The position numbers and the translations under genes were made by a program. DNA of 64,000 nt, taken from Desulfocapsa sp. GTDB taxonomy: Bacteria > Desulfobacterota > Desulfobulbia > Desulfobulbales > Desulfocapsaceae. How positions within the stretch are numbered: position 1 is the first letter of the stretch; every line of letters starts with the position of its first letter. The stretch spans positions 15,552 to 79,551 of the forward strand of contig JACDZF010000001.1 of assembly GCA_013426795.1 (NCBI GenBank), given 5' to 3'. Positions 50,173-59,537 of the stretch are shown in pieces. The notes under the pieces were generated by a model. That model had not been told where the DNA came from and did no database searches. It saw nothing but the letters and a program-made list of their open reading frames with translations.

Positions 50173-50733
50173 TCAAATCAATTTTTTTTCCCTTCCCCAT
50201 TGAAGCCAAGCTTCTGCCATTTTACGCGTGCGCCCTTGATCATGCGATGTTACGGGATTTTCCCCGGTCAACGATTGCAGCGCCCAAAACCATTGTCCAC
50301 CATTATCTTTGAGCTCCCTAAGAATAAAAGGGATGACTTTAGGTCCAAGTCCAATTATTCGCTGATATGATGGATGCATGAGGATCTCCATCAACGATGA
50401 AGTGAATCTTGTCTCTTCCTTCCATTTATTAAGGCAAGAATAAAAAATTGAAGTGAATTTTGTCTCTTCCTTCCATTTATTAAGGCAGGAATAAAAAACT
50501 GAAGTGGTTTCTGGTATTGACTTTATTTGTTGTTTGTAATGCTCACGTTCTACCGAACTTTGGTAATTACAGCTATTTGTTTCGAAACTTAGCAATAAAT
50601 CAATCAGATCTGGAACCTGAGAATTTAGAGTTTGAGTTCCAGATAAATGACGACGAAAAACCATTTCGGGTTTTTCATTGTATTGCGATGACGTACTGTT
50701 GTTATTAATAATTTTTGCTTGTGCTGCCATCAT
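50173..50733 (-). CDS. Hypothetical 186-aa protein with internal 17-aa duplication and Trp-rich C-terminal module (island gene B)
   Basis: AAGGA SD lies 9 nt upstream of the ATG, 22 nt after the gene A stop. C-terminus is HPSYQRIIGLGPKVIPFILRELKDNGGQWFWALQSLTGENPV...MAEAWLQWGREKK. Confidence 0.6.
   Translation of the reverse strand: MMAAQAKIINNNSTSSQYNEKPEMVFRRHLSGTQTLNSQVPDLIDLLLSFETNSCNYQSSVEREHYKQQIKSIPETTSVFYSCLNKWKEETKFTSIFYSCLNKWKEETRFTSSLMEILMHPSYQRIIGLGPKVIPFILRELKDNGGQWFWALQSLTGENPVTSHDQGRTRKMAEAWLQWGREKKLI
50398..50499. repeat. Tandem direct duplication, 2 x 51 bp, in-frame within island gene B
   Basis: Unit 1 (50398-50448) and unit 2 (50449-50499) differ at only a few positions. 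They encode FYSCLNKWKEET[K/R]FTS[I/S] twice. A partial third start (TGAAGTGG) follows. Confidence 0.9.
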
Positions 50734-50755
50734 TTGATGATTCCTTAACTCAGAG

Positions 50756-51526
50756 TTACCAATCGATAAGTTTTTGGCTATATATTTTAGCCAGCTCCTT
50801 TAGTCGGTCGAAAAGCATATCCCCGATATTTTCGGTAATTGCAATTGCTGCTTCAAGCATCGGCTTTGAGTTCACATCAAGCTTAAGCTCGATTCCTAAT
50901 TCTTTTATCGGCCAGTTTCCCACATCATTAATAAAAATGGTGGGATCACTTGGCTTGTCGCCATTTACCATGAGTTCACGCATTTCGTAGTGATTAGCGG
51001 AAATATTATAGAAAATATGATCAGAATTGTCCAGAAAACCTACCTGAAAACCAGCACTAGCAACATTGCCAAGAGGAGTAATTTTGAAGAATCGATCAAA
51101 TAACCTTTGTGAAATCTCTGCTTGCGAAGTTTTCAGTGGTTTATTTAAGGTAAGTACCATACCGATATCTTTGACTTCATTTATGGTCTTAAATTTAATG
51201 ACACCACTCCAGAATTTTTTAAAGTTTTTCTGAATTATTTCCAAAGTTTCATCAAATTTTTTGTCTTGATCATTAAAATTTAACTCAATTTGTACTGTCA
51301 TTTGAGAAACAGCTATTTGTTTGGGGCCGCTTTGTAGCATAAAGCGAGGTATCGCCGGTGGAGCTATATCAGGTACATTTGTCCCAATAGCCTGAACCTG
51401 CGCAGAAAAAACAGATACAAAACTTTGCTCAATTTCTCTGATTTTGTACCGTAAATCATGGTCCATATTGAATGACACAACACAAATTGCGTGGACCAAT
51501 TTATAAGGTTCTATTTGAATTGACAT
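50756..51526 (-). CDS. Hypothetical protein, TIGR04255-like (island gene A)
   Basis: ATG 51526 has a GAGGA SD 5 nt upstream. About 256 aa with an N-terminal IEPYKLVHAICVVSFN pattern, and the overall size resembles the uncharacterized TIGR04255 family. This assignment is from memory, not a search. Confidence 0.55.
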   Translation of the reverse strand: MSIQIEPYKLVHAICVVSFNMDHDLRYKIREIEQSFVSVFSAQVQAIGTNVPDIAPPAIPRFMLQSGPKQIAVSQMTVQIELNFNDQDKKFDETLEIIQKNFKKFWSGVIKFKTINEVKDIGMVLTLNKPLKTSQAEISQRLFDRFFKITPLGNVASAGFQVGFLDNSDHIFYNISANHYEMRELMVNGDKPSDPTIFINDVGNWPIKELGIELKLDVNSKPMLEAAIAITENIGDMLFDRLKELAKIYSQKLIDW

Positions 51527-51846
51527 CTGATCCTCTTTCCTGGCAAGCAATCGTTAGGTTATCAAAATTTTATTGAATAATTTTCCTAACAAGATACCAC
51601 AACATTTTTATTGTGTCGTCTAATAAAATCACTCGAGATTCTCAATAATTGTCATCTGATTGATGATGACTGGTAAAATGGTCGGACGTCCAAATAGGCT
51701 AATTGATACCGAACAGTCGGTGATTGACATCATTTAAAAGAACTTGAACCTTCATTTTTTTCTCCTAACTCCTGTGTCGTGAAGAAAATCCTATAAGTAG
51801 ATGATATGAGGCTAATTTGATAATTGTCAGCTCATATGGGGATGGA

Positions 51847-52917
51847 TTACAACATCCCGTGCTCCCCAGAACAGCAGACCTTGTTGCGGCCACTCTGCTT
51901 GGCTCGGTAAAGGGCGTTATCGGCCATCTTCAGGGCCGCGTCCAGTCCCTGCCCTTCCACATCCACCAGATGAATTCCAAGACTGACCTGGACCTGCAGC
52001 TTTATGGAGCTGCCGCAATGAAAAACAGTACCGGCTATTTTGGCGCGAATCCTCTCCGCAACATCCATGGCCTCCTCAAACCTGGTTCCCGGAAGGAGTA
52101 TGGCAAACTCCTCTCCTCCAATGCGACCAAAGAGATCAATCCTGCGAATACACTGGAGGGCGATGCATGTTACTTCTCGCAGGACTTGATCACCAACGGC
52201 ATGACCATACCTGTCATTCACTTTCTTGAAATGATCAATATCAAAAAGAATCAAGGATAACTGCCCCCTATGGCGCAACTGCCTCTCCATCTCCACAGAG
52301 GCCATCTCCATAAAACAGCGGCGATTTTTGATACCGGTCAATCCATCTTTATTGGCCAGTTGCTCAAGTTTCTTCTTATCTTCAATCCTGTCGTACACGC
52401 AAATCATCCCAGTAATCATAACAAATCCGTAGAGAGGCAAAAAAGAGGGGTGAAAACCTTCAAACGGTGCCGCGACTCCGGTCATAAGCGCGGCCACACA
52501 GGCCAGGGAGGCACCAATAAGAACAATCAGGGTGATGACGAGCCAGTTATAGACAATCATAGAGAGGAGATGGGCCCCGACCAGGGTGGACATCACCCAG
52601 ATGGGAGTCCATCCGTTTTTGATGGCCATAAAGGTAAAAAAGAAGGGAAGTAAAAACGTAATACACCAATAAAAATAAATACTGAAATAGAGTCTCCAGC
52701 GATTGGCTAACCAGTAATAGGCCAGGGACGGGAAACAACAGAGCATGGCAACCAGACGCAGGGGAAGATTTTCATAGGGCTGCGGAAACAGCACTCCCCA
52801 GAAATAATAAAAGAGAGGAAAACCGAATATACCAAACAGGCCGATGGGAACAATTTTACTGCTGCTGTAATCGAACACATCAGTCAATACGCTGGCAATG
52901 TCATTTTTTTTCATCAC
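51847..52917 (-). CDS. Diguanylate cyclase (GGDEF) with N-terminal multi-TM sensor region
   Basis: About six TM helices followed by DGLTGIKNRR...GGEEFAILLP...RAK. An RxxD-like I-site context is not obvious. Confidence 0.88.
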   Translation of the reverse strand: MMKKNDIASVLTDVFDYSSSKIVPIGLFGIFGFPLFYYFWGVLFPQPYENLPLRLVAMLCCFPSLAYYWLANRWRLYFSIYFYWCITFLLPFFFTFMAIKNGWTPIWVMSTLVGAHLLSMIVYNWLVITLIVLIGASLACVAALMTGVAAPFEGFHPSFLPLYGFVMITGMICVYDRIEDKKKLEQLANKDGLTGIKNRRCFMEMASVEMERQLRHRGQLSLILFDIDHFKKVNDRYGHAVGDQVLREVTCIALQCIRRIDLFGRIGGEEFAILLPGTRFEEAMDVAERIRAKIAGTVFHCGSSIKLQVQVSLGIHLVDVEGQGLDAALKMADNALYRAKQSGRNKVCCSGEHGML

Positions 52918-53024
52918 GTCCTCAATCCTCAGAAGTATGAACCATCAGGAACAAGCCACGTTCAATTGTATTGTTCTTCACCAGTCCCTTGCAAACCCCT
53001 CCGGGCAACTGACCCCCAGAGATA

Positions 53025-55154
53025 TCAGGAAAGTCCCTGGACGTAGTTAAAGGTGAAGCTATCCGGCAGGGGCTGATCCGAGGCCAGGGCCGCCAGGACC
53101 TGTTTTCCCCTGGCGGAAACCGCGCCGCAATGGCTGAGATCGACCATGATCCGAGCGCATCCCATCTCCCGCAGTTCCCCCAGACGGCCAGCCAGCGAAA
53201 AATCCTGGCCATTCACAACCTCGGTCAGGCCGCTGTCGCTGATAATCCGGTACTCCTCCTCCTTGTCGGAATGAAGTACATTGCCGGAACGCAGGCCCTT
53301 GAGGGGAATCCTTGACAGGAGCAGGGGAACGGCGCTGTACACCGTCAGGGTCAGGGGAATGGTCAGCGGACGATGGGTGAGGTCATGGATATTTTTCTTC
53401 CCATCCTCCAGGCTCAGGGTCAGCCCGGCCAGACCCAGCTCCTGCCAGGCCAGGGCCGCCTGGCTGTTTAAGGTATAACAGCGGAAGCCAGCCTCAAGGA
53501 TCACGTCCGCAAGCCCTGAAAACAAAGGGATATGGCCAAGATTGTTGATCCTGAAGTGGCGGTATCCCTTGCCGTGCACCATCTGCACCGCCCGCCGGTA
53601 CTCCGTCCAGTCGGATCCGAAGAGCATGGCCGGGATCTCCCAGATCAACCGGCCCTGATTCCGACGCAAGCTTTTTTCCACTCCTTTGAGGGCGGTCATG
53701 TTTCTGGAGTTCAGCGGCAGCTCCAGACGCGCCACCTGTTGGTTCTCATCAAGAAGACCGACATCCTGAATATCCCGTCCCCGTACCGTGACCTCCGGCA
53801 TCGCTGCCGGCTGCACCGGGATTTTCGGCAAGAGCGCGGCCCGGGCCTCAGCGGCAGAGGCCGCCCACTGATTTTCATCGGCCTCACTTGCGGGGGCCGG
53901 CACCGCTTTGGCCAGGCGTTCCCGACAGGCCTCCGGGCTGGCGGTGAACAGCGTCTTGCCCCCCACCTTGAATACCGCGTCGCCCACCTGGAAGAATCCC
54001 TTGTCCGGTCTCTTGACCCAGACAAAGTCTCCGGCTGCAACCAGCTTCACCCTCTTCTGCTCCAGAAAAAGTTCCCGCACCGTAAAGCCGGTACCGGCCT
54101 GATCATTTTTTGGCTGGAGGCGCAGCCGGTCGCCCACATGCAGCCTTTCGGCACTGGTCAAACCGATCATGCCGCCACGCAGCGAGACCACGTCCCCGAG
54201 ATGGCGGCCCAGGGTTCCATGCTGACCGGCATCGGCAATTCCGGTGGCGACAAAGCCGGTGAGAAAGCCCCTGGTGGCCGGACGGCCAAAGGAGAGCTGC
54301 AGATGTTCCTCGGCCCCTATAAGGGCGGCCTTGCGCTGATCGACGGGGGCATCGAGCATCATCCGGTAGGCCGCCACCACCCGGGCCACGTACTCGGCGC
54401 TCTTCATCCTCCCTTCGATCTTGAAACTGAAAATTCCGGCCTGGATCAACTGGGGGAGAAGCTCAATGGCGCTCAAATCACTGGTGGAAAAATGGTAACC
54501 GGGCTGCTTGCGGTTTTGCAGGCGACGGCGGCAGGGTTGAGCGCAGCGGCCTCGATTGCCGCTCAGGCCGGTCAAGGCCGAGGAGAACAGGCACTGGCCG
54601 GAGATGGAAAAGCAGAGGGCGCCATGGACAAAATGTTCCAGCTCAATGCTGGTCTGACGGCGGATTTCAGCAATTTCAGCAAGCGAGAGTTCACGGGCCA
54701 GCACCGCCCGGGTGAATCCCATGCGCTCCAGCATCTTCACCCCGGCCCCGTTATGGACACTCATCTGGGTTGAGGCATGCAGGGGCAACTCCGGGAAATG
54801 ATGGCGCGCCAGCCGCCACAGCCCCAGATCCTGGATGATAATTCCATCCACCTTGATGGCCGCCAGAGCGGCCAGGATATCCACCACCTGCGACAGCTCA
54901 ACCTCCTTGATCAGGGTGTTGAGGGTGATATAAATCCGCCTGTCCTTTTGATGGGCGAGGCTGGACATCCGCTCAATCTCGGTCAGGGTGAAGTTTTTGG
55001 CCCGGGCCCGGGCGGAGAATTCCTTGAGCCCGCAATAGACGGCATCGGCCCCATGGTCCAGGGCCGCAAAAAAGGCATCGATGCTGCCAACGGGGGCAAG
55101 CAGTTCAGTTCCTGGCCCGCGCCCGGGTGCGACGTGATTTTTGTCTGGTATCAT
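53025..55154 (-). CDS. Peptidase U32 family protein, long (709 aa) multi-domain form
   Basis: U32 signature ELEHFVHGALCFSISGQCLFS, a second Cys cluster (GNRGRCAQPCRR) and a C-terminal extension. Confidence 0.85.
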   Translation of the reverse strand: MIPDKNHVAPGRGPGTELLAPVGSIDAFFAALDHGADAVYCGLKEFSARARAKNFTLTEIERMSSLAHQKDRRIYITLNTLIKEVELSQVVDILAALAAIKVDGIIIQDLGLWRLARHHFPELPLHASTQMSVHNGAGVKMLERMGFTRAVLARELSLAEIAEIRRQTSIELEHFVHGALCFSISGQCLFSSALTGLSGNRGRCAQPCRRRLQNRKQPGYHFSTSDLSAIELLPQLIQAGIFSFKIEGRMKSAEYVARVVAAYRMMLDAPVDQRKAALIGAEEHLQLSFGRPATRGFLTGFVATGIADAGQHGTLGRHLGDVVSLRGGMIGLTSAERLHVGDRLRLQPKNDQAGTGFTVRELFLEQKRVKLVAAGDFVWVKRPDKGFFQVGDAVFKVGGKTLFTASPEACRERLAKAVPAPASEADENQWAASAAEARAALLPKIPVQPAAMPEVTVRGRDIQDVGLLDENQQVARLELPLNSRNMTALKGVEKSLRRNQGRLIWEIPAMLFGSDWTEYRRAVQMVHGKGYRHFRINNLGHIPLFSGLADVILEAGFRCYTLNSQAALAWQELGLAGLTLSLEDGKKNIHDLTHRPLTIPLTLTVYSAVPLLLSRIPLKGLRSGNVLHSDKEEEYRIISDSGLTEVVNGQDFSLAGRLGELREMGCARIMVDLSHCGAVSARGKQVLAALASDQPLPDSFTFNYVQGLS

Positions 55155-55176
55155 CAGAAAAACCGGGGCAAGGGCA

Positions 55177-56739
55177 TCAGGCCCGGCAGATTTTAGTTCG
55201 AATTTTAGCCACGATCTCGGTCAGCTCCGGCAACTTGAGCCAATGCAGAACAAGGCCGTAGACAGAGGCGGCCAGGACAATCAGAAGCAGGACGGCAAAC
55301 AATTGCTGGAGAAGATTTCCCATCAGAAAGTCGGCCCCTATTTTTCGACCCCAGAGGAGGAGCAGACTCATGCAGAGGGTGGCGATGAGGATCTTGAATA
55401 CCCCCGAAAACAGGGGGCGCAGGGGATACCCATTCATTGTCCGGTAGAGCACCGTGCTTAAGAACAGGAAATTGAGGAGCATGGTACAGGAAGTTGACAG
55501 GGCGATGGCCAGATGCTGGAAAAGGTTGATGGTGAGATTGATGATCAGGATATTGGTCAGCACCGCCAGGAAGCTCGCCAGCACCGGATATCTGGTCGTA
55601 TTCAGGGCATAGAAGACCGGCACCAGAATCTTGTTGGCCGAATAGGCCATGAGTCCCACCGCGTACAGGGTCAGGGTCTGGGCGGTGGCGACGGTATCGA
55701 GGGCGGTGAAGGCGCCTCGTTCAAAGATCAGGCGGATAATCGGTTCCGCCAGCAGAATCAACCCGGCAGTGGCGGGGATGGTCAGGCAGAACACCATGGT
55801 CAGGGAGGAAACCAGGGTGTCGCGCATCGCCGGGATGTCCATTCTGGCGGCATGGCGGGCCATCACCGGCATGGCGGCAATGGAAAAGGCGACACCGAAA
55901 ATGCCGATGGGGAGCTGAACCAGACGAAAGGCATAGTTCAGCCAGGAGACGGAGCCCTCGGCGCAGGATGCGGCAAAGCTGGTGTTGACGAAGATATTGA
56001 TCTGGGTGGCGGAAAGGCCGATGGTGGCCGGGATCATCAGCCGCAGGATGCTGCGCAGGCCGGGGTCGCGCAAATCCAGATGGGGGGAAAAACGGAATCC
56101 GGTCTTCAGCAGGGCCGGAATTTGAACACCCAGTTGCAAAAACCCGCCAATAAGCGTCCCGATGGCCATCCCGACGATGGCGGGATGCCCGTACCGAGGA
56201 AGAATCAGGGCCAGACCCACGCCGCCTATGATGGAGCCGAGATTGAAAAATGAAGAGGCAATGGCCGGCACAAAAAAACGGCCCTTGGTGTTGAGCATTC
56301 CCATAACCACCGCAGCCAGCGAGATAATCACGAGAAAGGGCAGCATGATCATGGTGAGGGTGGCGGTAAGCTCCGCCTTGCCCGTGACCTTGGCAAAATC
56401 CGGGGCGAGCAGAGAGACCAGCGGCCCGGCCAGGACCACCCCAAGCAGGCTCAGACAGGAGAGGAGGATGGCAAAAAACACAAGGACATTGGAGGCCAGT
56501 CGCCAGGTTTCCTCCTGGGTTCTGCCGGTGTCATAGCGGGAAAAAATGGTGACAAAGGCCGCCGACAGAGCCCCTTCCCCAAAGAGGTCACGGAGCAGAT
56601 TGGGTATTCGGAAGGCAACGACAAAGGCGTCATAGGCCGTCCCGGCACCAAACATGGCGGCGAAGATCTGCTCCCGCACCAGTCCCAGCACCCGGCTGCA
56701 CATCACCGCTATGCCGACGGTGCCGGCGGATTTTGCCAT
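55177..56739 (-). CDS. murJ: Lipid II flippase MurJ (MviN)
   Basis: AGTVGIAVMCSRVLGLVREQIFAAMFGAG N-terminus and about 14 TM segments. Start taken at ATG 56739; GTG 56778 is possible. The track ORF extends to 56979. Confidence 0.88.
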   Translation of the reverse strand: MAKSAGTVGIAVMCSRVLGLVREQIFAAMFGAGTAYDAFVVAFRIPNLLRDLFGEGALSAAFVTIFSRYDTGRTQEETWRLASNVLVFFAILLSCLSLLGVVLAGPLVSLLAPDFAKVTGKAELTATLTMIMLPFLVIISLAAVVMGMLNTKGRFFVPAIASSFFNLGSIIGGVGLALILPRYGHPAIVGMAIGTLIGGFLQLGVQIPALLKTGFRFSPHLDLRDPGLRSILRLMIPATIGLSATQINIFVNTSFAASCAEGSVSWLNYAFRLVQLPIGIFGVAFSIAAMPVMARHAARMDIPAMRDTLVSSLTMVFCLTIPATAGLILLAEPIIRLIFERGAFTALDTVATAQTLTLYAVGLMAYSANKILVPVFYALNTTRYPVLASFLAVLTNILIINLTINLFQHLAIALSTSCTMLLNFLFLSTVLYRTMNGYPLRPLFSGVFKILIATLCMSLLLLWGRKIGADFLMGNLLQQLFAVLLLIVLAASVYGLVLHWLKLPELTEIVAKIRTKICRA

Positions 56740-57119
56740 GGAGGTGTTTTGCTGCGCCCTGCCCTGTTGTTCTGTCACATGATTCCCCTGTAAAATGTTC
56801 CGCTTATCGGAGAGGATACTCCCGCCATACATACCTTTTTCGTCCATTTTTTGCCAGAAAATCATTGGGATCTTCACGGTTCCCACGACAAGAGAGATGG
56901 CTTCGCTGAGGTCTGCTGAAAAAATGGTGCTGAGTCCCCCGTTCATTGGTCGTCCCGGAAAAAAACGCCGCCATTGCATGGTGGCATGGGCTTCATCCTC
57001 CTCCCCTGACGGGAGTTATGACCATGGAGGATGGTTTTTCCCAACAGTCCCGACCCAGGTATTGGCCTAAGAACAGCTTGAAATAAACTCTCCCCGATGA
57101 ACGGGATACGAGCCTTTTG

Positions 57120-57159
57120 CAGATTCTATTCTTACAAAAAAAAACAAGAATAGAATCTG
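57120..57159. promoter_or_regulatory. Perfect 14-bp inverted repeat in the divergent murJ / EF-G intergenic region
   Basis: CAGATTCTATTCTT (57120-33) and AAGAATAGAATCTG (57146-59) flank the A-rich 12-nt spacer ACAAAAAAAAAC. Confidence 0.5.
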
Positions 57160-57445
57160 TAAGCCACTAAACCTTCGCCGCTGTCAATCCTGCTTGACTT
57201 TAGGAGATCATTTTGAATATATACTGAATCGTTTGGTAATAAATGGTGTTGACCCGTTCACCATCTATCCAGGAATTTCATCGTGGAAATGGTCATCAAA
57301 CCGCTCTGACCAGCCCTTCCACTCCTGGAATGACGACGGCGGGCAGGAATGACAGAAGGAACCTGAACGAACACCCTTGAAGTCCTCGAGGGCATCTCGT
57401 CTGGATTCTTGAATTTTTTGGAAGCCTTCATGAAAGGAGACAGGC

Positions 57446-59500
57446 ATGCAGGATATAAATATGATCAGGAATGTTGCGATCCTCGGACATGGACATTGCG
57501 GAAAAAGTACCCTCGCCGAGGCCATGCTCTATACTGCCGGCAAGATCAAAAGGCAGGGCAAGATTGACGAAGGCAGCTCCACCATGGATTTCGATGAAGA
57601 AGAGATCCGCCGCCATCTCTCCATCAACTCCTCTTTCAATAATTACACCTGGAAAAAACATGAAATTTTTCTCGTCGATACCCCCGGCGACGACAATTTT
57701 CTCAATGAGACCTATCAGGCCGTGCAGATCGCCGACAGCGCCATCTTTGTGGTGGACGCGGTTATCGGAGTCAAGGGCCAGACCATTAAGTTCGCCAACT
57801 TCATCGCTGAGAAGAATCTGCCCTGCCTTCTCTTTATCAGCAAGATGGATCGGGAACGAGCCAATTTTGCAAAGACCATTGATGAGATAAAGTTGCTGCT
57901 CCCGATCAAACCGGTGGTTCTTCAGTTGCCCATTGGCAGCGAGGCAAATTTTAAGGGCTTTGTTGATATTATCTCGGCCACGGCCTGGCTCTTTGACAAT
58001 GGCAATGACGCCAAAAAAATCGAAATTCCCGAAGACCTCGCCGATCAGGTTGCGGAGTATCGAGAAAAACTGATGGAAACCGTGGCCGAATTCGATGATG
58101 AGCTCATCGAAAAATTTCTCGAAAACGGCGAACTGACCGACGCCGAGATCATGGCTGGTTTGCGGGCCGGGACCATGGCCGGGGGTATCGCTCCCGTCTG
58201 CGTCGGCTCGGCCCTCCTGAATAAAGGAATAGCCGCCCTCCTCGACTCCATCAATAGCGTCCTCCCCTCCCCGGACCTGCGGCCGTCCCTGCTTGGCTCC
58301 CATCCGCTGACCGGAGAGATGGAGGAACGCAAACCCCTCGCCGACGAACATTTCTCTGCCCTGGTCTTCAAGACCATGGCAGACCCCTACGCCGGGCGGC
58401 TCACCATCTTCCGGGTCTATTCGGGGACCCTCTCCGGCGACTCTTTTTATAACGCCAGCAAAAAGGTAAACGAACGTTTTGGCCAGCTTTATCTCCTTGA
58501 AGGCAAGGAGCAACGGGCCATTGATATGGTGGGTCCGGGCATGATTGTGGCCGTTGCCAAACTCAAGGAAACCACCACCGGCGACACCATCTGTGATGCC
58601 GGCCACCCCATTGTCTATCCCGTTCCCCAGTCATTTGAGCCGGTGATCTCCTTTGCCGTGCATGCCAGACAGGGAGAAGAGGAAAAACTCTTTTCCGCCC
58701 TCACCAGAATCCTCGATGAAGACCTGACCTTGCGCCTGACCCGTGATCAGCAGACCGCCGAGGTCCTGCTGGCCGGGATGGGACAGGTCCATCTGGAGGT
58801 TGTGGGGGCGAGAATGAAAAGAAAATTTGGCGTGGAGATGGAGCTGACTCTGCCTAAAATCGCCTATAAAGAGACCATCAGGGGAACAGCCAGGGTTCAG
58901 GGGAAGCACAAAAAGCAGAGTGGCGGCCGGGGCCAGTTTGGTGATTGTACCATCGAGATCATGCCCCTGGCGCAGGGCGAGGGATTTGTCTTTGAGGACA
59001 GGATTGTGGGCGGGGTCATCCCCCAGCAGTATCGTCCAGCCGTGGAAAAAGGAATCCAGGAAGCCATGGAAAAAGGGGTTCTGGCCGGCTATCCGGTGGT
59101 GGATCTGAAGGTCCTGCTGGTGGATGGCTCCTATCACACCGTGGATTCTTCGGAGATGGCATTTAAGGTGGCCGGCTCGCTGGCCTTCAAGAAGGCGGCC
59201 CAGGAAGCCGGTCTGGTGCTGCTGGAACCCTATACAAAAATGACCATCCGTGTTGACAAGGAGCATGTGGGCGACATCATGGGAGATCTGAATTCACGGC
59301 GGGGAAAGGTCATGGGCATGGACGCCGATGCCACCCATGAAATCATCATCGCCCAGGTTCCCATGGCCGAGGTTCAGAGCTATGCCACGGATCTGACCGC
59401 CATGACCGCCGGACTGGGAATTTTCACCATGGCATTTTCCCACTATGAGGTCGCCCCGGCCCATATCTCCGAGAAAATTATCGCCGCCAGCGGCCAGTAG
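57446..59500 (+). CDS. Elongation factor G paralog (EF-G-like translational GTPase)
   Basis: G1 is GHGHCGKST, G3 is DTPGD and G4 is SKMD. Domains II-V are recognisable (GRLTIFRVYSG, HKKQSGGRGQFG). It is not in an rpsL-rpsG-fusA-tuf context. Confidence 0.85.
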   Translation: MQDINMIRNVAILGHGHCGKSTLAEAMLYTAGKIKRQGKIDEGSSTMDFDEEEIRRHLSINSSFNNYTWKKHEIFLVDTPGDDNFLNETYQAVQIADSAIFVVDAVIGVKGQTIKFANFIAEKNLPCLLFISKMDRERANFAKTIDEIKLLLPIKPVVLQLPIGSEANFKGFVDIISATAWLFDNGNDAKKIEIPEDLADQVAEYREKLMETVAEFDDELIEKFLENGELTDAEIMAGLRAGTMAGGIAPVCVGSALLNKGIAALLDSINSVLPSPDLRPSLLGSHPLTGEMEERKPLADEHFSALVFKTMADPYAGRLTIFRVYSGTLSGDSFYNASKKVNERFGQLYLLEGKEQRAIDMVGPGMIVAVAKLKETTTGDTICDAGHPIVYPVPQSFEPVISFAVHARQGEEEKLFSALTRILDEDLTLRLTRDQQTAEVLLAGMGQVHLEVVGARMKRKFGVEMELTLPKIAYKETIRGTARVQGKHKKQSGGRGQFGDCTIEIMPLAQGEGFVFEDRIVGGVIPQQYRPAVEKGIQEAMEKGVLAGYPVVDLKVLLVDGSYHTVDSSEMAFKVAGSLAFKKAAQEAGLVLLEPYTKMTIRVDKEHVGDIMGDLNSRRGKVMGMDADATHEIIIAQVPMAEVQSYATDLTAMTAGLGIFTMAFSHYEVAPAHISEKIIAASGQ

Positions 59501-59537
59501 CCTGAAGGCAGAGTGACAAGGGGAAGCGGGAATATCC

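Noticed and set aside
50398-50499. Direct repeats considered as a CRISPR array or minisatellite
   Set aside because: There are only two adjacent copies with no spacers, they lie inside a coding frame, and no cas genes are present.
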